Positions 26,301-38,780 of a stretch of DNA of 64,000 nt are shown here, piece by piece (positions within the stretch are counted from its first letter, which is position 1; every line of letters begins with the position of its first letter). Below the pieces are notes generated by a model that saw only the letters and a program-made list of their open reading frames with translations, was not told where the DNA came from and ran no database searches. This stretch comes from Nemertoderma westbladi (lineage: Eukaryota; Animalia; Xenacoelomorpha): contig JAUCBJ010007125.1 in the NCBI GenBank assembly GCA_032718475.1, forward strand, positions 1-64,000. Reading direction: 5' to 3'. Position numbers and translations under genes: made by a program.

Positions 26301-29300
26301 ATATAGACCAGGTTGGTGTTATATGCACAAAGTAAATATAGACCAGGTTGGTGTTATATGAACAAAGTAAATATAGACCAGGTTGGTGTTATGCACGAAG
26401 TAAATATAGACCAGGTTGGTGTTATATGAACAAAGTAAATATAGACCAGGTTGGTGTTATATGAACAAAGTAAATATAGACCAGGTTGGTGTTATATGAA
26501 CAAAGTAAATATAGACCAGGTTGGTGTTATATGAACAAAGTAAATATAGACCAGGTTGGTGTTATATGAACAAAGTAAATATAGACCAGGTTGGTGTTAT
26601 ATGAACAAAGTAAATATAGACCAGGTTGGTGTTATGCACGAAGTAAATATAGACCAGGTTGGTGTTATATGAACAAAGTAAATGTAGACCAGGTTGGTGT
26701 TAAGTAAATATAGACCAGGTTGGTGTTATATGAACAAAGTAAATATAGACCAGGTTGGTGTTATGCACGAAGTAAATATAGACCAGGTTGGTGTTATATG
26801 AACAAAGTAAATATAGACCAGGTTGGTGTTATATGAACAAAGTAAATATAGACCAGGTTGGGGTTATATGAACAAAGTAAATATAGACCAGGTTGGTGTT
26901 ATATGCACAAAGTAAATATAGACCAGGTTGGTGTTATATGAACAAAGTAAATATAGACCAGGTTGGTGTTATGCACGAAGTAAATATAGACCAGGTTGGT
27001 GTTATATGAACAAAGTAAATATAGACCAGGTTGGTGTTATATGAACAAAGTAAATATAGACCAGGTTGGTGTTATATGAACAAAGTAAATATAGACCAGG
27101 TTGGTGTTATGCACGAAGTAAATATAGACCAGGTTGGTGTTATATGAACAAAGTAAATATAGACCAGGTTGGTGTTATATGCACAAAGTAAATATAGACC
27201 AGGTTGGTGTTATATGAACAAAGTAAATATAGACCAGGTTGGTGTTTTGCACGAAGTAAATATAGACCAGGTTGGTGTTATATGAACAAAGTAAATATAG
27301 ACCAGGTTGGTGTTATGCACGAAGTAAATATAGACCAGGTTGGTGTTATATGAACAAAGTAAATATAGACCAGGTTGGTGTTATATGCACAAAGTAAATA
27401 TAGACCAGGTTGGTGTTATATGAACAAAGTAAATATAGACCAGGTTGGTGTTATATGCACAAAGTAAATATAGACCAGGTTGGTGTTATATGAACAAAGT
27501 AAATATAGACCAGGTTGGTGTTATGCACGAAGTAAATATAGACCAGGTTGGTGTTATATGAACAAAGTAAATATAGACCAGGTTGGTGTTTTGCACGAAG
27601 TAAATATAGACCAGGTTGGTGTTATATGAACAAAGTAAATATAGACCAGGTTGGTGTTATATGAACAAAGTAAATATAGACCAGGTTGGTGTTATGCACG
27701 AAGTAAATATAGACCAGGTTGGTGTTATATGAACAAAGTAAATATAGACCAGGTTGGTGTTATGCACGAAGTAAATATAGACCAGGTTGGTGTTATGCAC
27801 GAAGTAAATATAGACCAGGTTGGTGTTATATGAACAAAGTAAATATAGACCAGGTTGGTGTTATATGAACAAAGTAAATATAGACCAGGTTGGTGTTATA
27901 TGAACAAAGTAAATATAGACCAGGTTGGTGTTATATGAACAAAGTAAATATAGACCAGGTTGGTGTTATGCACGAAGTAAATATAGACCAGGTTGGTGTT
28001 ATATGAACAAAGTAAATATAGACCAGGTTGGTGTTTTGCACGAAGTAAATATAGACCAGGTTGGTGTTATATGAACAAAGTAATTATAGACCAGGTTGGT
28101 GTTATATGAACAAAGTAAATATAGACCAGGTTGGTGTTATATGAACAAAGTAAATATAGACCAGGTTGGTGTTATGCACGAAGTAAATATAGACCAGGTT
28201 GGTGTTATATGAACAAAGTAAATATAGACCAGGTTGGCGTTATATGCACAAAGTAAATATAGACCAGGTTGGTGTTATATGAAGAAAGTAAATATAGACC
28301 AGGTTGGTGTTATATGAACAAAGTAAATATAGACCAGGTTGGTGTTATATGAACAAAGTAAATATAGACCAGGTTGGTGTTATATGAACAAAGTAAATAT
28401 AGACCAGGTTGGTGTTATATGAACAAAGTAAATATAGACCAGGTTGGTGTTATATGAACAAAGTAAATATAGACCAGGTTGGTGTTATGCACGAAGTAAA
28501 TATAGACCAGGTTGGTGTTATATGAACAAAGTAAATATAGACCAGGTTGGTGTTATGCACGAAGTAAATATAGACCAGGTTGGTGTTATATGAACAAAGT
28601 AAATATAGACCAGGTTGGTGTTATATGAACAAAGTAAATATAGACCAGGTTGGGGTTATATGAACAAAGTAAATATAGACCAGGTTGGTGTTATATGCAC
28701 AAAGTAAATATAGACCAGGTTGGTGTTATATGAACAAAGTAAATATAGACCAGGTTGGTGTTATGCACGAAGTAAATATAGACCAGGTTGGTGTTATATG
28801 AACAAAGTAAATATAGACCAGGTTGGTGTTATATGAACAAAGTAAATATAGACCAGGTTGGTGTTATATGAACAAAGTAAATATAGACCAGGTTGGTGTT
28901 ATATGAACAAAGTAAATATAGACCAGGTTGGTGTTATATGAACAAAGTAAATATAGACCAGGTTGGTGTTATATGAACAAAGTAAATATAGACCAGGTTG
29001 GTGTTATGCACGAAGTAAATATAGACCAGGTTGGTGTTATATGAACAAAGTAAATGTAGACCAGGTTGGTGTTAAGTAAATATAGACCAGGTTGGTGTTA
29101 TATGAACAAAGTAAATATAGACCAGGTTGGTGTTATGCACGAAGTAAATATAGACCAGGTTGGTGTTATATGAACAAAGTAAATATAGACCAGGTTGGTG
29201 TTATATGAACAAAGTAAATATAGACCAGGTTGGGGTTATATGAACAAAGTAAATATAGACCAGGTTGGTGTTATATGCACAAAGTAAATATAGACCAGGT

Positions 29301-31972
29301 TGGTGTTATATGAACAAAGTAAATATAGACCAGGTTGGTGTTATGCACGAAGTAAATATAGACCAGGTTGGTGTTATATGAACAAAGTAAATATAGACCA
29401 GGTTGGTGTTATATGAACAAAGTAAATATAGACCAGGTTGGTGTTATATGAACAAAGTAAATATAGACCAGGTTGGTGTTATATGAACAAAGTAAATATA
29501 GACCAGGTTGGTGTTATATGAACAAAGTAAATATAGACCAGGTTGGTGTTATATGAACAAAGTAAATATAGACCAGGTTGGTGTTATGCACGAAGTAAAT
29601 ATAGACCAGGTTGGTGTTATATGAACAAAGTAAATGTAGACCAGGTTGGTGTTAAGTAAATATAGACCAGGTTGGTGTTATATGAACAAAGTAAATATAG
29701 ACCAGGTTGGTGTTATGCACGAAGTAAATATAGACCAGGTTGGTGTTATATGAACAAAGTAAATATAGACCAGGTTGGTGTTATATGAACAAAGTAAATA
29801 TAGACCAGGTTGGGGTTATATGAACAAAGTAAATATAGACCAGGTTGGTGTTATATGCACAAAGTAAATATAGACCAGGTTGGTGTTATATGAACAAAGT
29901 AAATATAGACCAGGTTGGTGTTATGCACGAAGTAAATATAGACCAGGTTGGTGTTATATGAACAAAGTAAATATAGACCAGGTTGGGGTTATATGAACAA
30001 AGTAAATATAGACCAGGTTGGTGTTATGCACGAAGTAAATATAGACCAGGTTGGTGTTATATGAACAAAGTAAATATAGACCAGGTTGGTGTTATGCACG
30101 AAGTAAATATAGACCAGGTTGGTGTTATATGAACAAAGTAAATATAGACCAGGTTGGTGTTATATGAACAAAGTAAATATAGACCAGGTTGGTGTTATAT
30201 GAACAAAGTAAATATAGACCAGGTTGGTGTTATATGAACAAAGTAAATATAGACCAGGTTGGTGTTATATGAACAAAGTAAATATAGACCAGGTTGGTGT
30301 TATATGAACAAAGTAAATATAGACCAGGTTGGTGTTATGCACGAAGTAAATATAGACCAGGTTGGTGTTATATGAACAAAGTAAATATAGACCAGGTTGG
30401 TGTTAAGTAAATATAGACCAGGTTGGTGTTATATGAACAAAGTAAATATAGACCAGGTTGGTGTTATGCACGAAGTAAATATAGACCAGGTTGGTGTTAT
30501 ATGAACAAAGTAAATATAGACCAGGTTGGTGTATTGCACGAAGTAAATATAGACCAGGTTGGTGTTATATGAACAAAGTAAATATAGACCAGGTTGGTGT
30601 ATTGCACGAAGTAAATATAGACCAGGTTGGTGTTATATGAACAAAGTAAATATAGACCAGGTTGGTGTTATGCACGAAGTAAATATAGACCAGGTTGGTG
30701 TTATATGAACAAAGTAAATATAGACCAGGTTGGTGTTTTGCACGAAGTAAATATAGACCAGGTTGGTGTTATATGAACAAAGTAAATATAGACCAGGTTG
30801 GTGTTATATGAACAAAGTAAATATAGACCAGGTTGGTGTTATATGAACAAAGTAAATATAGACCAGGTTGGTGTTTTGCACGAAGTAAATATAGACCAGG
30901 TTGGTGTTATATGAACAAAGTAAATATAGACCAGGTTGGTGTTATATGAACAAAGTAAATATAGACCAGGTTGGTGTTATATGAACAAAGTAAATATAGA
31001 CCAGGTTGGTGTTATGCACGAAGTAAATATAGACCAGGTTGGTGTTATATGAACAAAGTAAATATAGACCAGGTTGGTGTTATATGCACAAAGTAAATAT
31101 AGACCAGGTTGGTGTTATATGAACAAAGTAAATATAGACCAGGTTGGTGTTATATGAACAAAGTAAATATAGACCAGGTTGGTGTTATATGAACAAAGTA
31201 AATATAGACCAGGTTGGTGTTATATGAACAAAGTAAATATAGACCAGGTTGGTGTTATATGAACAAAGTAAATATAGACCAGGTTGGTGTTATATGAACA
31301 AAGTAAATATAGACCAGGTTGGTGTTATGCACGAAGTAAATATAGACCAGGTTGGTGTTATATGAACAAAGTAAATATAGACCAGGTTGGTGTTATGCAC
31401 GAAGTAAATATAGACCAGGTTGGTGTTATATGAACAAAGTAAATATAGACCAGGTTGGTGTTATATGAACAAAGTAAATATAGACCAGGTTGGGGTTATA
31501 TGAACAAAGTAAATATAGACCAGGTTGGTGTTATATGCACAAAGTAAATATAGACCAGGTTGGTGTTATATGAACAAAGTAAATATAGACCAGGTTGGTG
31601 TTATGCACGAAGTAAATATAGACCAGGTTGGTGTTATATGAACAAAGTAAATATAGACCAGGTTGGTGTTATATGAACAAAGTAAATATAGACCAGGTTG
31701 GTGTTATATGAACAAAGTAAATATAGACCAGGTTGGTGTTATATGAACTATGAACAAAGTAAATATAGACCAGGTTGGTGTTATATGAACAAAGTAAATA
31801 TAGACCAGGTTGGTGTTATATGAACAAAGTAAATATAGACCAGGTTGGTGTTATGCACGAAGTAAATATAGACCAGGTTGGTGTTATATGAACAAAGTAA
31901 ATATAGACCAGGTTGGTGTTAAGTAAATATAGACCAGGTTGGTGTTATATGAACAAAGTAAATATAGACCAG
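11282..31972 (+). repeat. 35-bp satellite (ATGAACAAAGTAAATATAGACCAG|GTTGGTGTTAT) with 33- and 26-bp variants, ~600 copies, in fem-1 intron 2
   Basis: Uninterrupted tandem array of ~20.7 kb. The first unit is the real exon 2 end and donor. The last unit ends CAG|GTAACA. Confidence 0.98.
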
Positions 31973-32091
31973 GTAACAATATCAAATTAATCAAATTATT
32001 TTACCGTTGTGCGTCTATGTGGTAAAGTCTTCCTTTATTCAATTATCCAGTGGTTCTTAAATCAAATAATATAGGAATATTTGTATTTCAG

Positions 32092-32425
32092 CGGGGTACC
32101 GTTGTGTTCGAGGGTGAGACAATAGAGGACGCACCTCCGCTCTGGTGCAGTGCCGCAGCCGGACACCTCCCGACGGTACGATTCCTAATACAGGCCGGGG
32201 CCAACGTAAACAACACTACCAAGACCAACTCGACGCCGTTGCGAGCTGCCGCCTTCGACGGTCATTACGATGTTGTTAAACTCCTCTGCGATAACAACGC
32301 GGACTTTGAGATCGCCAACAGACACGGACACACCTGCCTCATGATCGCCTGCTACAAGAGACACACATCCATAGCGCATTACTTACTGAGGCGAGGTGCT
32401 GATCCCAATAAGCGAAGTAGTAAAG
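32092..32425 (+). CDS. fem-1: Fem-1 homolog exon 3 (ankyrin repeats)
   Basis: Acceptor tttcag|, encodes RGTVVFEGETIEDAPPLW..TNSTPLRAAAFDGH..ANRHGHTCLMIACYK..KRSSK, a diagnostic FEM1A/C-like sequence. Donor G|GTTAGT (phase 1). Confidence 0.95.
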
Positions 32426-32884
32426 GTTAGTTGCCGCTCAGGTAACCTTCAAATATAATGTAAACACTAAATTCTTGGATTGGAAACTAAAAGTAAATTA
32501 AACAGTAAGTTTTCTTCGGCATTAGGGCAGTTAATGTGCACAAAATCTACAGACTTCTTATTTCAGCTTTCAGATATAATACTTAACAAAAGGAAACTGG
32601 TACTCATTTAGAGACCATATAGTCCCTATGTAAATAGTTCGTGGTTTATGCCGAAATTAAAACATTCCTGCTAGGCTGCATCCCCCTGTTGGGCTTGAAA
32701 CCCCGACCTCTGCAACCAGAGATACGAATTGAAGACGACTCAAGGTGTAAACAACTTTGGTTGGTCTATAGTCTCCTTAAGTAACAATTAGTGACTGTCT
32801 TAAAGATTAATTTGATTGTAATTATAGTTATACTATGGAAATCGTTAATTATTATTGCTATACAACAATTAACCATCTCCATAG

Positions 32885-33108
32885 GTAACACAGCTCTGCA
32901 CGATTGCGCCGAGTCTGGTGCGCTGGATATTATGGAACTTCTGTTAGAGACGTTTTCCGCGAGTATTCAACTCGACGAGTACAAGCACACACCCTTGATT
33001 ACTGCGGCGCTGAGCGGAAACTCCGATATAGTTGACTACCTCCGTCATAACAAACAAATATCGAGAACAGATGGTATCGACGCATTGGAAGTACTTGGGT
33101 GTACGCAG
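32885..33108 (+). CDS. fem-1: Fem-1 homolog exon 4
   Basis: Acceptor ccatag|, encodes GNTALHDCAESG..TPLITAALSG..DALEVLGCTQ, donor CAG|GTAGGT (phase 0). Confidence 0.93.
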
Positions 33109-33259
33109 GTAGGTAATCTTGGTGGGTGTACGCAGGTAGGTAATCTGGGTGGGTGTACGCAGGTAGGTAATCTGGGTGGGTGTACGGGTACGCAGGTAGT
33201 TAATCTGGGTGGGTGTACGCAGGTAGGTAATCTGGGTGGGGTGTACGCAGGTAGGTAAT
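33097..33259 (+). repeat. 27-bp tandem repeat (GGGTGTACGCAG|GTAGGTAATCTGGGT) spanning the exon 4 donor, ~6 copies, with another copy at 36304-36327
   Basis: Direct inspection; reads as (GCTQVGNLG)n in ORF 32791-33258. Confidence 0.9.
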
Positions 33260-33954
33260 ACGCGATAGGAATACGCGTACGGGTACGGGTACGCAGTAGG
33301 GATGCGACAGAGCTAAAATTTCATCCGGAGCCCGGAGGTTCCTCCGGGTTACAATATGAGCTCCGGCCGGAGCCGGAGCTTTGGTGATTGATAATTCCAG
33401 TGTATTATTATGGTAGACATAGACAGATATGCGTTCATGAAACAGGGGGGGAGGGGGGATTTGATGCAAATTCTTACTCGGCGAATTAATATCTCGCCTC
33501 AATGTCAAATTATCATTTAAGTCGCATGCTATTCTAATCAAAACAATAATCTCTATTTAACAGGTTACAGTTAGATTTTTGGGAGTAATCAGCAGTTATT
33601 TGCGTCGATTTTCACCTGGAGAACGATGCATTTTGATTGCGTCCAAAGACTCTCCTATCTGGTGTTCATTGGACAAAAATATACTGTAATCAGTGTAATG
33701 TTTTAGACTTTCAGTTCACACTCCACTCACTCATCTCCCATTTTTTAATTAGGGAAGAATATTAATTGAATTAACTGAATAATTTCAATGTTTTTGTTCA
33801 AACATTTAAATAATTTCACAAGGGGGGTGGGGGTTATCAGAAAACTTAAAAAAACAAGCTGTAAATTACTTAATGTGTTAAACTAGCGTGTCCCTATACT
33901 AACTGCAGAGCACGCAGCAAAGACACAAAATAATCAGGAGCGTGTTATTACTAA

Positions 33955-35919
33955 TGTAGGGCTGCTAAATACAAAACCGCTACTCACCGTTGGATGGCGC
34001 TAACCTGCCGTCCGCTAATATATTTTACTAATTTTCTACGGCTCCTGCTAATCGCTTGTTCCTTTCTCTACCGATCGCTCGATAGAGAGCTAACTGTTCG
34101 AATATATGAGCCACGCGGGAATAACCAAAACAATAAACCCGAATCGGCTCCCTAAGCTTACTTAAGACGAGTGTGAGAGGCTTTACACTCAGAGTATATT
34201 CTTATGGCCTAATCTTACTGTAAAAACGCGCTAATAATTACGTCTTTTCTAATCTAATCTAATCGCAAATACTGGGGTTCCCTAACGGAATGTGAGAATA
34301 TTTAAAATAATCAAAAAATTCTAGTACAGTGTCTTTTAGGGCTAATACCTGCTGTGGGACTAAACTTGCCTTCGGCTGGCTTTAGGCCAGCAATTTACTA
34401 ATGCGTGCTGCGTACTATATACTGCGATCTAACTTATTGTCCGCTAATTCAAATAACCGCCCAGCGTGAATAGTGTACGGTACTCCAAATTATTACCTTA
34501 ACTACTCTCCGCTATGCTGCGTACAAATTCTTAATTTTACTAATTAATTACAGTCACAAATATGTAACAGCGTACTAATTACTAAGTATTCCAGAATGCG
34601 CAATTCTAATTTATTACGTAACTGGTTGTACTAGTAACAGTCTAAATACCGTATTATTTTCGACCTAATCAATAATTATTTATAGTAAACTAAGAAATAG
34701 AAATCAATCAAAAGGGGAAAAGAGCACCTACCTAAGCATTCGTGATTTATTAGGCACACTTTAGCAACATACCAATCAGCGTAACAATCTATAGTGCGAA
34801 CTATTACTAACGTCCGCAACTCACACTCTACAGTTCGCTACGTAGTTTGCGATGCAATATTTGCAACTCGCAATGTATGCAACTCGCAATGTTTGCAACT
34901 CGCAATGTTTGCAACTCGCAATGTTTGCAACTCGCAATGTGAAGCGCGAAGGCCTCTCCCGGGTACATCTAGAGCTTCCTAACTAACCCAATTCCTGCCC
35001 CCCTAATAATACAAAAATAGAGACAAAATCTGGATTATCAGCCCCCTAATTACTGTACTAGCGAGATGTCTTCACTCCACACTGCTTACTTTCTAACCGC
35101 AACAGTGGCCCCCGCCAGCGTTGCCTGCTTTTGAATCCTCCGCGCTCCCTTCGTCGCCAAACCCCCCGATGCGCCCGCCGCGCCTACCGGTAACTTAGCT
35201 CTCCATCAGAATGAATAGCTACCGTAGCGGCGCATGCAAATCACAAACAGTCTGACAGTCTAAGAAAATCCCGTAGGATTATTGCGTCGAAAGGAATCAC
35301 ATAGAACCATTAACTAAAGGGTAGAAATCATAGTTCCAGTGTAATTAACAGTAATCGTTGGGATTGATTGAGAAACACAAGCAAGAATAATCAAATTAGC
35401 GAATCATTGCAAGAAACTAATCGAAAAAAGAGCAGAAATTACAAAGAATTACGCACAAAGCACATACTCTAAAATGGATAAGAAGGTGTGGTGTGGGTTA
35501 TACTGGTACTGTGTATACCATACCGGCAAGCCGCCAATTTATAGGTGATTCAAGAGGGATGATGCAATCGCTCTCTCATTGGCTCTCCAATCCAACATCA
35601 TTATCGATATCAATATCACTATCATTAGACCAACCTGGAAACAGTTAGGCCAATAAGGAAGCCGGATCGTGAACCTATTGCTCCTGAAACCCACAAATCG
35701 TCACCATATATGGTAATTTTGCCGATGCTTAATTTAGCGGTACTAATATTATGATGCACAAAGGTTAATTTAGCGCGATTATAAAGAAAAATAAGACCAA
35801 TGTATGGCTAGCCCTGTTGAGGCTAATAACAGCAAGCTTAAATCCAGGGTCCAACAAAACTTGCTACCCTGGAACTATCTACTTATATCCTATTATAAAA
35901 TTACATAGGTAGGGCTACA
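33955..35919. mobile_element. Possible solo LTR nested in the hAT element
   Basis: TGTAG...CTACA termini, flanks TACTAA/TACTAT (imperfect TSD), minus-strand TATAAA and CCAAT motifs near 35540-35580, no ORF. Confidence 0.35.
34861..34940. repeat. 16-bp tandem repeat TTGCAACTCGCAATGT x5
   Basis: Direct inspection. Confidence 0.9.
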
Positions 35920-36599
35920 TACTATACAAAATGGGTAAAGTCAAATATATGGGCGTTTTATTTTCCTTATCTAAATGTCATCGCGCATTATTATGTCTTA
36001 TCTAAATAATTATACTGCATAACGGCTAATATATTATACTGTACAACTGCTAATATATTATACTGTACAACTGCTAATATATTATACTGTATAATACGGA
36101 CTAATGTAAGTACAGCGCCATATACCGTAACATAATGAGTTATTATGTTATTTACTATGATATTTACATTATTCATATATCAGAAAAACTTTCGAATTTC
36201 AACAACATAAGCTCCGGATTTGCTCCGTGCTAATTTGCGCGGAGCCGGAACCAGAGCCGGAGCCAGAAAATTAGCCCGGAGCCGGAGCTCTGTCGCATCC
36301 CTAGTACGCAGGTAGGTAATCTGGGTGGGGGGGGGGGGGGGGGGGGGGAGGGGGGGGGATGTACATTTTTTTGCGCTGGTAGTTTAAAAACTGTTGAGTT
36401 GCAAGGAATTGTAATTATTTTATTTTGCAATTAGCCGAAAAAAAATCTGATATTTATTTCTTGTCTAAAGCGGGTGGGTTATATGAAATCCCTGCCGAGA
36501 CGTATGGTATACAGGAGCCCTGATTGGATGTTTGCAACCCTGAAACTTTCCCCTGAAAAAGGGGAGAGTCGTCAACTTGGACTAAAAGTCAAAATTCAA

Positions 36600-37145
36600 C
36601 TAAAGCCTCTCCCAAAGAAAGGAGACTTCGGTATACCAACAAACTAGCGTGGGATCAGGTCCCTTGTGGTATCTGAGCTGCCAAAAAAAATACAACAAAA
36701 TGATTCCAGAATTAGACTTCATATATAGAAACTACAGCGTAAGAGCCAAAATTGTTAGAAGTTACGGAGATTGGTTGAAGGAATTAAAGCAAAGAACATT
36801 CATGTAGTGAACTTCAAGAAAGCATTCGTCATAATACATAGGTAAAATGCTGGAAATCCTAAGAGCTTATGGAATACCAGAAGTAATTGTGGCTGGCATT
36901 GGATTGTTATATTGTGACACAGAAGCTCACGGGCACTCTCGCCAGATGGTGAAACGGAGTTTTTCTCAATCCTGGCTGGCGTACTGCAAGGTGACACATT
37001 GGTATCGGCATTGCTACTCGTAATTATACTGGATTACGCAATGAAGACGGCCACAAATGGAGAAGATCTGGGATACAATAACGCAGAAGTTGCAGATATC
37101 CGGCAACTACAGTCACAGACACCGACTTTGCGGATGACATCGCCA
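36600..37145 (+). pseudogene. Degraded LINE (RTE-like) reverse transcriptase fragment
   Basis: Motifs PLPKKGDFGIPTN*RGI, PDGETEFFSILAGVLQGDTL..IILDYAMK and DFADDIA, with stops and frameshifts. Confidence 0.8.
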
Positions 37146-37436
37146 GACCCTTTTATTTTGCCCTATGGGCCTATTCTGTAACATTTGTAATCAGGATTTT
37201 TATCAACCCTGTTAGTAATTTACCGGTACAAATAATTCAAACCTGATATTTTAAATTTCGATTCGCCAGACCATTTTAAATATAGCCGCCGGTGGCGTAA
37301 AGTCTGGATAATGAAATTAAATGAACTCCCTAAGCTATGCCCCATGGTGGCCTGGCCTCTCTTTAAAACTTTCAGTTCTGTCTCTCGTCCAGCTGTGGGT
37401 CACTCACTGTTTACCGTTTCTGTTGCAAACTTGCAG

Positions 37437-37611
37437 GTGGATAAGAAACACGATCTGTTTTCCGCTGTTGAGTATTGGAAGACGGCGATGGAAGAGCGTA
37501 GTGAATCGAATGAACGACCCGAGTTACCTAAAGTGTTACCCATGGAAACCAAGTCTGCATACAATGGCGTCATGGAGATTACAACTAAAGAACAACTAGA
37601 AGAGCTTTTGG
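37437..37611 (+). CDS. fem-1: Fem-1 homolog exon 5 (TPR-like region)
   Basis: Acceptor ttgcag|, encodes VDKKHDLFSAVEYWKTAMEER..EQLEELL (compare FEM1 VDKKRDLLGALKHWRRAMELR), donor G|GTTAGT (phase 1). Confidence 0.92.
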
Positions 37612-37736
37612 GTTAGTAAGCGTTGTACCCAGTGATACCTATTTAGACCTGTAACACTAGGACTGTGACGAACTCTTAAAATAATAAAATTTTCTCGATT
37701 TGATTATCTCATAATATTATAATTTTTAGTAGATAT

Positions 37737-37990
37737 CGATAAAACAATAAATGGTAATTATACCCATTCTTACTTAAATCCCCGATAAGACAATAAATGG
37801 TAATTATACCCATTCTTACTTAAATCCCCGATAAGACAATAAATGGTAATTATACCCATTCTTACTGAAATCCCCGATAAGACAATAAATGGTAATTATA
37901 CCCATTCTTACTGAAATCCCCGATAAGACAATAAATGGTAATTATAACACATTACTGAAATCCTCGATAAGACAATAAATGGTAATTATA
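37737..37990 (+). repeat. 46-bp minisatellite (AAATCCCCGATAAGACAATAAATGGTAATTATACCCATTCTTACTG), left part
   Basis: ~5.5 copies; the same unit resumes at 54114. Confidence 0.93.
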
Positions 37991-38780
37991 CACTGAAAAA
38001 AGTAACCAGTAGTTTTTTTTTAAAAACCACTGGTTCGAAAAACTACCACTGGTAGTTTTTGTAACAAATAAACCAACGGTTTTTTGGCTTAACCGGCAGT
38101 AGAAATTGAGCAATATAACTGGCGGTTTCAACAACATCAAAATACCATGGGTTTTTAATACCGGTGGTTTATTAAACCAACAGTTTGAATTTTAAACAAA
38201 CTGTCGGTTTTAAAGTCGCATCCTTCAAAATCAACCATGGGTCAACCAAGCGATTCTCATACACAAAAAGAATGCGGATATTGCGAAACTCGCGGAATAC
38301 GAAGCCGCACTTATAGAACGAGATATTCAACTATACGAGGACTGGGAAAGGGATATAGATCAGGAATATGAACCAATACCGGTACCGGAATTAGAAAAGT
38401 CATTAATGACACTGGCGGTGAAACCCCCAAAACCCGAGTTCCCGCCTACCATACAGTCTACGTTATCGGCACAGGCCCCGGTGTTCCATCCCCACTGGTT
38501 ACACTTAAAAATGAGGAACCGTATTTCCCATCCAACCCCACAGCAACGAGTGTACCCAAGTACGAGCCTGAAAGGGACTCGGAACGGGATGCCACTCCTC
38601 GATCCAACAACCCGTTTACGTCCACATCACAAAGCCGTAGCCGCGTCATCATTAAAACTCCACCTATCATCGATCCATCGTGTATGGGAGAGAGTGCCGA
38701 TAATTATAACCCTCCTATCGGTGGTTTTTTTGAAAACCGGTGGTTTTTTTTTAAACAACCGTCGGTTCGTTTTTTCAGTG
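37991..38780. mobile_element. CACTG-terminated (CMC/EnSpm-like) non-autonomous element enclosing a gag fragment
   Basis: TA|CACTGAAAAAA... and ...TTTTTTCAGTG|TA, with ~60-bp imperfect TIRs and ACCACTGGT/ACCGGTGGT subterminal repeats. Confidence 0.75.

Larger units (their letters stand above)
33297..36303. mobile_element. Non-autonomous hAT-type DNA transposon
   Basis: 18-bp TIR TAGGGATGCGACAGAGCT / AGCTCTGTCGCATCCCTA. Exact 8-bp TSD GTACGCAG at 33289-33296 and 36304-36311. CCGGAG subterminal repeats at both ends. Confidence 0.9.

Noticed and set aside
11282-31972. 35-bp array as a CRISPR array, or small ORFs within it
   Set aside because: Units are head-to-tail with no unique spacers, there are no cas genes, and the context is a eukaryotic intron. 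The ORFs arise from runs of 33-bp variants.
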